Source: Methanopyri archaeon
Lineage (GTDB): Archaea; JAADCQ01; Methanopyri; Methanopyrales; Methanopyraceae
NCBI GenBank assembly: GCA_013154335.1
Contig: JAADCQ010000002.1
Span: 1-22,650 of the forward strand
Direction: 5' to 3'
DNA length: 22,650 nt
A program made the position numbers and the translations under genes. Each line of letters starts with the position of its first letter. Position 1 is the first letter of the stretch. The notes under the pieces were generated by a model, which searched no databases, had not been told where the DNA came from, and saw only the letters and a list, made by a program, of their open reading frames with translations. Positions 7,512-14,088 of the stretch are shown piece by piece.

Positions 7512-7541
7512 AGGGAAGGGCGGGGCCCCTGCCCCGCTTCC
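7469..7541. other. two GC-rich hairpins flanking the convergent gene junction
   Basis: At 7469-7489, ggatccagt-cct-actgggtcc forms a 9-bp stem (one G-U pair) with a 3-nt loop. At 7514-7541, the core gcggggc-ccct-gccccgc forms a 7-bp stem that extends to 11 bp with a GG bulge. Both lie inside coding 3' ends. Confidence 0.35.
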
Positions 7542-7741
7542 TTGGATGCCTTCATCAGCTCCCTACCGGTGGGCCACGCCAGCGCGTACTTGGGGGGAAG
7601 GACCTCCAAGATTCTCACCGCGGAGTCCGGATCCAAGTGGACGATGACCCTACCGCCTTCCTCCTCGTGTTCCACCCCGGCCCGCTTGAGGATCTCCCTG
7701 AGGAACTCGAGTTCCCTCCCGTCCTCGGGTTCGAGGATCAC
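7493..7741 (-). CDS. small acidic hypothetical protein (about 82 aa)
   Basis: Consistent G/C third positions and typical codon usage on the minus strand. GTG at 7741..7739 overlaps the CBS-gene stop as GTGA; the track start is GTG 7762. The 3' end overlaps the convergent gene by 19 nt. Confidence 0.6.
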   Translation of the reverse strand: MILEPEDGRELEFLREILKRAGVEHEEEGGRVIVHLDPDSAVRILEVLPPKYALAWPTGRELMKASKEAGQGPRPSLHAKNR

Positions 7742-8169
7742 TCTACGACGTCCGCCATCCACCTGAGCACGTCCCCGTCCGTGACTATCCCCACGAGTTT
7801 GCCGTCTTCGGTGACGGGGAGTTGGTTGTAGATCTCACCGTCCCTTCTCATCTTCCTGAGGACGTCGAGCAGGGTGTCCTCCGGGGAGCAACACACGACG
7901 TCTTCTTCCATGACGTCCTTTACCCTGGTTCCGGGCTCGAAATCGTCCGCGAGGAGGGCCGCCCCTAGGTTGGTTCTGGTCACGATACCGAGGAGCTTGC
8001 CTTCCTCATCCACTACGGGGAGGCATCCGACGTCGTTGTTTATCATCGTCTCGAACGCGCGGACGACGTCCTCGTCGGGCTCCACGGTGATGAGATCTTC
8101 GACCGGGGTCATCACGTCCCGTACGGTCACGGATCGGAGGGCCTTTCGTAGGCACTCCCCAACGTCCAT
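7738..8169 (-). CDS. CBS-domain pair protein
   Basis: Two CBS motifs (VRDVMTPVEDLITVEPDEDVVRAFETMINNDVGCLPVVDEEGKLLGIVTRTNL and VKDVMEEDVVCCSPEDTLLDVLRKMRR...LPVTEDGKLVGIVTDGDV). ATG 8169 lies 2 nt after the upstream stop. Confidence 0.9.
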   Translation of the reverse strand: MDVGECLRKALRSVTVRDVMTPVEDLITVEPDEDVVRAFETMINNDVGCLPVVDEEGKLLGIVTRTNLGAALLADDFEPGTRVKDVMEEDVVCCSPEDTLLDVLRKMRRDGEIYNQLPVTEDGKLVGIVTDGDVLRWMADVVE

Positions 8170-8171
8170 GG

Positions 8172-9134
8172 TCAGAGCAACCCCACCCTGCTCTTGGCCA
8201 GCTCCTTCTCACCCTTGAGGAGCTTCGAGGAGATGTAACTGACTATTCGTTCGACGGTCTTGTCGATGTTCACGTTGTTGATGACGGGGATGCCGTGCTT
8301 CTTGGCATCCTCGACGAGGAAGTCGTGGATCTTCCTTATCTCGTTGAAGTACTTGAGGTACCTCTCCGCGGGCCTGGAGAGCTTCGTGTCCCTGGATCGG
8401 GCGTAGAACCTCCACTTGTGCGCGTCTTCGTCGTCCACGGACAGCATGAAGGAAAACACGTTCGGGGAGTTCAGTATCTCCTTGCTTATCAACCTGGGGA
8501 CTATGTGGACGCCCTCTATTATGACGTGGATGCCTTCGTTCATGGATCTGTTGATGACGCCCTCGATACCTACGACGACGGGCTCCGAGTGGTCGAGGAA
8601 TCCGGTTATTACCGGGTCACCCGCCGGCTTGTACCTCAGCCTTTTCCACGCCGTGTAGGAGGACTCGTACAGGGTTGGGTAAAGGTCCTCGGACAACACC
8701 CTGCGCATGACCTCTCTGATGGCGTCCGTGCCTATCACGTTCGGGATGCCGAGTCTGTGCGCGACCTCCGCCGCTATCGTGGAGGAACCGACCCCGGAGG
8801 CCCCGCCGATGAGCACGATGATGGGTTCCTCTCTGCGCTTTATCTTCCTCCAGAGTTCGTACCTCTCCGCTAGCTCCTCGTCTATTTTCTCGAGTTTGTT
8901 CTTCACTATCTCGGCGAGCTCGTCCGTCGTGATCCTGTCCACGCCTTTCTCCACTAGCTCCCTCTTGACCTCCAGCGCTATGTCGTACGCGCGGTGAGGC
9001 GCTAGCCCTATAGCGGTCAGGGACTTCGCCAGCACGCCGCGGGAGAACGGCATCTCGTAGTGCCTGGACACCACCGTGATCCCGCTCTTCTCAACGTCCT
9101 CGCCGGACTTGTCCTCATCCTCTGCCAACTCCAT
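8172..9134 (-). CDS. 2-phosphoglycerate kinase (first step to cyclic 2,3-diphosphoglycerate)
   Basis: N-terminal ATP-cone-like MPFSRGVLAKSLTAIGLAPHRAYDIALEVKREL, P-loop LIGGASGVGSSTIA, then GTDAIREVMR and YESSYTAW. Preferred start is ATG 9134, preceded by GGTGGGGTG. The track ORF extends to 9248 with non-homologous Ser-rich sequence. Confidence 0.85.
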   Translation of the reverse strand: MELAEDEDKSGEDVEKSGITVVSRHYEMPFSRGVLAKSLTAIGLAPHRAYDIALEVKRELVEKGVDRITTDELAEIVKNKLEKIDEELAERYELWRKIKRREEPIIVLIGGASGVGSSTIAAEVAHRLGIPNVIGTDAIREVMRRVLSEDLYPTLYESSYTAWKRLRYKPAGDPVITGFLDHSEPVVVGIEGVINRSMNEGIHVIIEGVHIVPRLISKEILNSPNVFSFMLSVDDEDAHKWRFYARSRDTKLSRPAERYLKYFNEIRKIHDFLVEDAKKHGIPVINNVNIDKTVERIVSYISSKLLKGEKELAKSRVGLL

Positions 9135-9180
9135 CACCCCACCCGCCGGGGGGTGAACCACCGTGTCGGAGGATGATCGG

Positions 9181-9417
9181 TTGTACGACATGGTGATACC
9201 GCTGGGGACCCCGGCCGACGTCATCGCCGAGGTCGAGAAGCGCTGCAACGTGAAGCTGGTTCAGCGTAAGATAGAGACGGGATCGGGCGGCAAAACCACG
9301 GTGTTAGCCTTCAGGGGAACCAAGGAGGACCTCGAGGAGGCCCGGAAGGTCCTCCGGGAACTGATGGAAAGGAAGGTTGAAGAGCTATCGGGGTCTAGGA
9401 GATCGGATCGTTCTTAA
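9181..9417 (+). CDS. small hypothetical protein (about 78 aa)
   Basis: G/C-rich third positions. GGAGG at 9169-9173 lies 7 nt before TTG 9181; alternatives are GTG 9163 and ATG 9190. Sequence: ...VIPLGTPADVIAEVEKRCNVKLVQRKIETGSGGKTTVLAFRGTKEDLEEARKVLRELM. No family recognised. Confidence 0.55.
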   Translation: MYDMVIPLGTPADVIAEVEKRCNVKLVQRKIETGSGGKTTVLAFRGTKEDLEEARKVLRELMERKVEELSGSRRSDRS

Positions 9418-10649
9418 TCGTTTGACTCCAACTCACGGAGCCTGTCCACCAGCTCCGGGAAGAACACGCCGACGTCCGACACCACACCGAGAGTCTGGGC
9501 CGTGCCCCTGTCCATCAACTTGGTGACGACGGCCGGGTTTATATCCACGCAGACCGTGGTAACCCAGGAGGGCAGTAGGTTGCCCGTGGCTATCGAGTGC
9601 AACATCGTCGCCGCCATGAGCACGAACGTGGCGCCCTTCAAATGCTCCCTCATCAACCTCTGAGCCTCGACGGTGTCCGTCACCACGTCGGGGATCGGAC
9701 CATCGTCCCTGATCGAACCCGCGAGGACGTAGGGCACATCGTTGACGACGCACTCGTACATTATACCATCCTTCAGAACTCCCTTCTCGACTGCCTCCTT
9801 GAGTCCACCGACCTTGCGGATCTCGTTGATCGCGTAGAGGTGATGACTGTGGCCGCCCTTAACGGGCTCCCCGGTCTCGACGTCCACCCCGAGAGACGTC
9901 CCGAACAGGCTCACCTCTACGTCGTGAACGGCCACCGCGTTGCCCGCGAACAAGACGTCCACGTAACCGTGCCGTATCAACCAGGCCACGTCGTCTCTGG
10001 CCCCGGCGTGTATCACGGCGGGCCCCAGTACCAGGATTATCTTACCCTCCTCCCTGTGCCTCGCCATCTCCTCGGCGATCCTCCTCACCAACGTCGGGGT
10101 GGGCTTCTCCGGGGACACCTCGCTCTCCATGAACCCGAAGATTCCCTTCTTGCCTCGAGGTCTCTCCGGTGGCTTGACCTTGATCCCCTGATCGCCGACG
10201 ACGACCAACTCACCCTCCTTGACCTCCCCGATGGGTTTCGCCACGGCCCTCCTTTCCTCCGGGTACACCACGATGGCGCAGTCCATCTCGATGTCCTCGA
10301 CCTCGAGCCACTCCCCGTCGAACAGCACGAACGTCCTGTGGTTAGTGGTCGTGTAGAAACCGTCGGGACATACCCCGTCCGCGGGGGCGGGCTCCAGCCT
10401 GACCTCGCCCAGGTGCTTCGGGACCGCCCCGTACTTCCTCAACTCCGTGAGTATCTCCTCGAGATGCTCCTCGTCCTTCCCACGGACCAAGATCTCCGCG
10501 TACGACGGGTCCATCTTCCTCTTGCCTACCTGGAACTCGATTATCTCGAAATCCCCACCCATCTCCATGATAGTGTCTAACACCTTCGACAGGATCAAGG
10601 AGTCTATGATGTGACCCCTGAGTTCCACGACTTCTTCCCTGTGAGGCAC
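9414..10649 (-). CDS. LOR/SDH-domain protein of the archaeal TIGR00300 type, probable AgrE/ArgZ-type ornithine cyclodeaminase
   Basis: N-terminus RGHIIDSLILSKVLDTIMEMGGDFEIIEFQVGK is typical of the LOR/SDH conserved region. It is followed by a Rossmann-like part (ILVLGPAVIHAG, LFAGNAVAVHD). The functional call rests on recalled work on the Methanococcus homologue. GTG start at 10649. Confidence 0.65.
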   Translation of the reverse strand: MPHREEVVELRGHIIDSLILSKVLDTIMEMGGDFEIIEFQVGKRKMDPSYAEILVRGKDEEHLEEILTELRKYGAVPKHLGEVRLEPAPADGVCPDGFYTTTNHRTFVLFDGEWLEVEDIEMDCAIVVYPEERRAVAKPIGEVKEGELVVVGDQGIKVKPPERPRGKKGIFGFMESEVSPEKPTPTLVRRIAEEMARHREEGKIILVLGPAVIHAGARDDVAWLIRHGYVDVLFAGNAVAVHDVEVSLFGTSLGVDVETGEPVKGGHSHHLYAINEIRKVGGLKEAVEKGVLKDGIMYECVVNDVPYVLAGSIRDDGPIPDVVTDTVEAQRLMREHLKGATFVLMAATMLHSIATGNLLPSWVTTVCVDINPAVVTKLMDRGTAQTLGVVSDVGVFFPELVDRLRELESND

Positions 10650-10664
10650 GGACGACTTTACCCC

Positions 10665-11834
10665 TCACGTCCTGTACTCCGCGTTGATCTTGACGTAATC
10701 GTAACTGAGGTCACAACCCCAGGCCTTCGCCTCGGCCTCTCCGACGCCCAGGTCCACGATCACCCTAACCTCGTCGGCGGACAACACCCGGGCCGCCTCC
10801 TCTTCGTCGAACCCCACGGGGCCCCCGTCGTAGGTCACCACGCGACCCTTCTCGCTCTCGAAGGCGATCATCATCTCCCCGGGATCCACCTCGACCCTGG
10901 CGGCGCCCACCGCGGCACCCACCCTGCCCCAGTTCGGATCCTCGCCGAAGAGAGCGGTCTTGACCAGGTTCGACGACACCACGGCCCTCGCGGCCCGTCT
11001 GGCCTCCTCCTCGTCGAACGCGCCCCTCACGACGACCTCCACGAACTTGGTGGCACCCTCACCGTCGGCGGCTATGTCCTTGGCCAGCTCCACGCACACG
11101 TGTTCCAGAGCCTTCTCGAACTCCCGGAGCGGGACGTCACGTCCGGGTTTCAACCCGGAGGCCCCGTTGGCCATCAGGAGGACGGTATCGTTCGTGCTCT
11201 CGTCACCGTCGACGCTTATCATGTTGAAGGAGACGTCCACGGCGCGGCGTAGGGGCTCCCTCAGGTCCCGGTGCGGGATATCGAGGTCGGTCACGATGAA
11301 GGCGAGCATCGTGGCCATGTTAGGGTGTATCATCCCCGCCCCTTTGGCCACGCCGAGTAGGGACCACCCGTCTCCTTCGTACCACTCTATCTTCGGCCTC
11401 GTGTCCGTGGTCATTATGGCCTCGTTGAACGCCTCGACGTCCCTCGGGTCCCGACCCAACCCGGAGGCGAGGTCCCTCGCTTCTTCCAGTATCGTGTCGA
11501 CGGGTGGTCTGACCCCTATCACACCGGTCGAACACACCAGGACTTCATCGTCCGGACATCCGACGATGTCGGCAACTCCTTTCGCGGTCCTGAGGACGTC
11601 CCGGTGGCCTTCCTCCCCCGTCATCGCGTTCGCGTGGCCGCTGTTCACGATCACGGCCCTGGCCTTTCCCTTGTCACAGATCTCCGCGCAGTACTCGACC
11701 GGGGCCGCCCTCAGGGAGTTCTCGGTGAACGTCCCGGCCACGTTCGCCCTATCCTCCGAGACTATCAACCCGACTCCCACGTCGTTCCTCTTGCGACCCG
11801 CGAACTCGAAACCCTCGGGCACGGGGAACCCCAC
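10665..11834 (-). CDS. argJ: bifunctional ornithine acetyltransferase / N-acetylglutamate synthase ArgJ
   Basis: VNSGHANAMTG, MTTDT and KGAGMIHPNMATMLAFIVTD with the autoproteolytic ATML threonine, plus the C-terminal YVKINAEYRT. GTG 11834 lies 2 nt after the upstream stop. Confidence 0.95.
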   Translation of the reverse strand: MGFPVPEGFEFAGRKRNDVGVGLIVSEDRANVAGTFTENSLRAAPVEYCAEICDKGKARAVIVNSGHANAMTGEEGHRDVLRTAKGVADIVGCPDDEVLVCSTGVIGVRPPVDTILEEARDLASGLGRDPRDVEAFNEAIMTTDTRPKIEWYEGDGWSLLGVAKGAGMIHPNMATMLAFIVTDLDIPHRDLREPLRRAVDVSFNMISVDGDESTNDTVLLMANGASGLKPGRDVPLREFEKALEHVCVELAKDIAADGEGATKFVEVVVRGAFDEEEARRAARAVVSSNLVKTALFGEDPNWGRVGAAVGAARVEVDPGEMMIAFESEKGRVVTYDGGPVGFDEEEAARVLSADEVRVIVDLGVGEAEAKAWGCDLSYDYVKINAEYRT

Positions 11835-11836
11835 GG

Positions 11837-12772
11837 TCAGTCCCCCTCAAGGGGAACGGTCGTCCTGACCTCCTGCTCCGGGACGATATCCCGTGGGACG
11901 CCGACGTAGAGTTCTCGGACGAGCTCCGAGATCTCGAGCGACTTGTCGGCCACGCGCTCTATGTCCTTGGTCACGCGGGCCACGCCGAACACCTTGGGAA
12001 CCAGGTTCGGGTCCTCACGACCCTCCTCCATGGCCCTCTCGGAGGCCCTTATGATGAGTTCGTGGACGCGCTTCTCCATGTCTTTTATCTCGGATATCCT
12101 GTCGCGGAAGTCCCGGGGGTCGTCGAATAGGTCGTACGCGGATTCCGCCATCTCCACGGCTATGTCCGCCATCTCCTTCACATCGTCCCAGCACTCCAGA
12201 TCGGAGAGGGTTCCGATGCCTTTGGCGACCTCGGCCATGTTGCACGCGTAGTCGCCTATCCTCTCGACGCAGTGGGAGATCTCGAGGAGTATCGTGGCCA
12301 TCTTACCGGCCTCTTCCCCCGGGTAGGTGGCTGGGATGGTCCTGGTGTAGAGCCTGATCTCCTCGTCCAGCCGGTTGACCTCCTCGTCCAGCTTGATGAT
12401 CTTATCCGCGAGTTCGGGTTCGTCCTCCAGGGCGCGGACGGCCATTCTCAACTGCCTCAGGGTGGTTTTCATCATCCTGTCGAACGAGGGACGGATGTAA
12501 TCGACGCAGTCTTCGACGTCCTCGTGGATGAAGGAGCCCAGCTCCCGGAGGAGCTCGGGGAACTCCTCGCGTAGCTTGGCCATATCGACGGTGTAGATGC
12601 GCTTGACGGCGCCTTTTTCGGTCAGGGGTCTGAGGAGTTCGGTAACGTAGCGTCGGGAGACCCCGACCTTCTCGGCGATCTCCTTCTGGGTGGAGGGCCT
12701 GTCTCGCATTATGGTGTGGAGTATGGCCGCCAACGTGGCGTCCTTTCCTCGCGGGAACACGCGCCCCTTCAC
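11837..12772 (-). CDS. winged-helix + PhoU-domain regulator (archaeal PhoU-like)
   Basis: The N-terminal wHTH is STQKEIAEKVGVSRRYVTELLRPLTEKGAV. Two PhoU repeats follow, with DEEVNRLDEEI...VERIGDYACNMAE and MEKRVHELI...IERVADKSLEISE. Start is GTG 12772, or GTG 12760 placed 9 nt after GGAGGTG. Confidence 0.85.
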   Translation of the reverse strand: MKGRVFPRGKDATLAAILHTIMRDRPSTQKEIAEKVGVSRRYVTELLRPLTEKGAVKRIYTVDMAKLREEFPELLRELGSFIHEDVEDCVDYIRPSFDRMMKTTLRQLRMAVRALEDEPELADKIIKLDEEVNRLDEEIRLYTRTIPATYPGEEAGKMATILLEISHCVERIGDYACNMAEVAKGIGTLSDLECWDDVKEMADIAVEMAESAYDLFDDPRDFRDRISEIKDMEKRVHELIIRASERAMEEGREDPNLVPKVFGVARVTKDIERVADKSLEISELVRELYVGVPRDIVPEQEVRTTVPLEGD

Positions 12773-12810
12773 CTCCCGGGGCGGGGTCCGTTAGCGGGTG
12801 GAAAACCCAA

Positions 12811-13209
12811 CTACCTCAAGCCTACGACTTTTAAGATTAACTCCTTTATCCCGGCCTTCCTCTCGACGGGGACCAGGAGTACGAACTCGTGTTCCCCCGA
12901 AGAGGTTTCGAGCCTAACCCGCACCGGGTGAACCTCCCCTTCGGACTCCTCGGGGTCCACCCAGGGGTTGAGGATGACGGCGTCCTCGGGTACCTCGGCC
13001 AGTATCTCGAACCTGACCTTGACGTCGTCCTCCCCCAGCATCTTCATGACGTTCTCGAGGAGTTCCTTCGTCTTCTCGAGCGGGTTCTCCCTGTTGAGGC
13101 ACACGGAGCTGTAGAAGGCCCTGGTGGACACCTCTATGCTGCCGTTCTCGGAGGCGAAAACGAGTACCACGTCGCCGTCCCTATCCTCCACCAGGACGTC
13201 CACGCTCAA
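12811..13209 (-). CDS. hypothetical acidic protein (about 132 aa)
   Basis: The coherent part starts at TTG 13209 or GTG 13203 (SVDVLVEDRDGDVVLVFASENGSIEV...). The track ORF extension to 13446 is antisense to a clear ferredoxin motif and is rejected. No family recognised. Confidence 0.6.
   Translation of the reverse strand: MSVDVLVEDRDGDVVLVFASENGSIEVSTRAFYSSVCLNRENPLEKTKELLENVMKMLGEDDVKVRFEILAEVPEDAVILNPWVDPEESEGEVHPVRVRLETSSGEHEFVLLVPVERKAGIKELILKVVGLR
12829..12841 (-). promoter_or_regulatory. TATA-like element embedded in the last codons of the upstream gene, candidate promoter for the PhoU-like/argJ operon
   Basis: The minus strand reads GGAGTTAATCTTAAAAGTCG. Rare AT-rich codons (TTA ATC TTA AAA) occur here in an otherwise GC-rich gene, about 60 nt upstream of the 12772 start. 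Confidence 0.3.
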
Positions 13210-13236
13210 CCCCCGCTCTCCCCGAGGGGTGTTCGC

Positions 13237-13725
13237 TTGAGGGCGGTTAAAAGGATAGAGATAGATGAAGATCGATGCGAAGGACCCTCCTGCGCGCTTT
13301 GCGTGGAGGTTTGCGGCCGCGGGGTGTTGGACGTTAAGGGGGATGAGATAGTTATAGTGAATCTCGACGCGTGCGACGCCTGTGATGAATGTGTTAGGGT
13401 TTGTCCTAATAACGCTATAGATATACACAGGTATAGGGAACGTCAACTGTTAAGTGCCATGTCTAGGTTGATGAAAGGAGATGAAAAAGGATTGGACGTT
13501 GCTAGGAAGGTTGTGATGAGGGGAATGGGAGCTTTCGGGGATTCTTGGTATTATATTAAGAGGGAAATAGAGAATACGGGAAGGATATACAGGATGAAGA
13601 AAGAGATGGGAAAGAGGGCTAGTTTAAAGACCAAAACTTGCAAAATATGCGGTAAAAAGTTCAAAACCAATTCGGACATAGACGTATGTTCCGAGTGTTC
13701 GAAGAGACTCGAACGTCGACGGTGA
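13237..13725 (+). CDS. 2x[4Fe-4S] ferredoxin domain fused to a basic helical region and a C-terminal zinc ribbon
   Basis: CEGPSCALCVEVCG (Cx4Cx2Cx3C) and CDACDECVRVCP (Cx2Cx2Cx3CP), then a Lys/Arg-rich stretch ending in CKICGKKFKTNSDIDVCSEC (CxxC-x12-CxxC). The only in-frame start upstream of the first cluster is TTG 13237. The gene sits in an AT-rich island. Confidence 0.7.
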   Translation: MRAVKRIEIDEDRCEGPSCALCVEVCGRGVLDVKGDEIVIVNLDACDACDECVRVCPNNAIDIHRYRERQLLSAMSRLMKGDEKGLDVARKVVMRGMGAFGDSWYYIKREIENTGRIYRMKKEMGKRASLKTKTCKICGKKFKTNSDIDVCSECSKRLERRR

Positions 13726-13734
13726 GAGTTAACC

Positions 13735-13789
13735 GGAAATTTACGGAAATAATAAAAGAACCTTCCACTTAAAACCCCGGTAGGAGGTG
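13735..13789 (+). promoter_or_regulatory. gar1-tfb promoter region: TATA-like boxes plus Shine-Dalgarno
   Basis: This is the only substantial intergenic gap. It contains GGAAATTTACGGAAATAATAAAAG (13735-13758), followed by AGGAGGTG (13782-13789) 5 nt before ATG 13795. Confidence 0.5.
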
Positions 13790-13794
13790 TAGAG

Positions 13795-14088
13795 ATGCGC
13801 AGGTTGGGGAAGGCCCTCCACGTGACACCGAGGGGCAACCTCATCGTACGCGCCGATGAGGTTCCCCCCATGGGGGCCCCCGTCGTAACGAGGCGCCGCG
13901 AGAGGGTCGGGATCATAGTCGACGTGTTCGGGCCCGCGGACCGACCCTACGTGGCCGTCAGGGACGGCCCGCGCGACCGCCTCGAGAAGTTCGTGGGCAA
14001 GACCCTGTACATCCCGCCGAGGCGCCGCCGGCGCCCGCCCCGCCGTAGGGCCCGAAGGAGACCCCCACGCCGGCGGCGCCGCAGATGA
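13795..14088 (+). CDS. gar1: H/ACA RNP component Gar1 with an Arg/Pro-rich C-terminal tail
   Basis: The Gar1 core is LGKALHVTPRGNLIVRADEVPPMGAPVV...RVGIIVDVFGPADRPYVAV. The tail is IPPRRRRRPPRRRARRRPPRRRRRR. Confidence 0.85.
   Translation: MRRLGKALHVTPRGNLIVRADEVPPMGAPVVTRRRERVGIIVDVFGPADRPYVAVRDGPRDRLEKFVGKTLYIPPRRRRRPPRRRARRRPPRRRRRR

Noticed and set aside
9135-9155. 6-bp inverted repeat CACCCC...GGGGTG in the 2PGK / small-ORF spacer
   Set aside because: The stem is short with a 9-nt loop, and G/C runs are abundant in this DNA. It is more simply the SD region (GGTGGGGTG) of 2PGK.
9597-11868. Long plus-strand ORFs (9597-10580, 10611-11252, 10960-11868) antisense to the LOR/SDH and argJ genes
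   Set aside because: The opposite strand carries unmistakable ArgJ and LOR/SDH motifs. The antisense products are Arg/Pro/His- or Ser-rich junk.
13210-13446. N-terminal extension of the minus-strand ORF 12811-13446
   Set aside because: It is antisense to two canonical 4Fe-4S cluster motifs on the plus strand. The extension (MTFPIPVYIYSVIRTNPNTF...) is what one gets from reverse-reading AT-rich coding DNA. The coherent protein begins at TTG 13209.
13469-13519. Two UGAUGA (C-box-like) hexamers 45 nt apart, suggesting a C/D box sRNA; also ATGATGA at 17462-17468
   Set aside because: No CUGA D or D' boxes lie in the required positions and there is no terminal stem. The hexamers are in frame within coding sequence (LMKG, VMRG).
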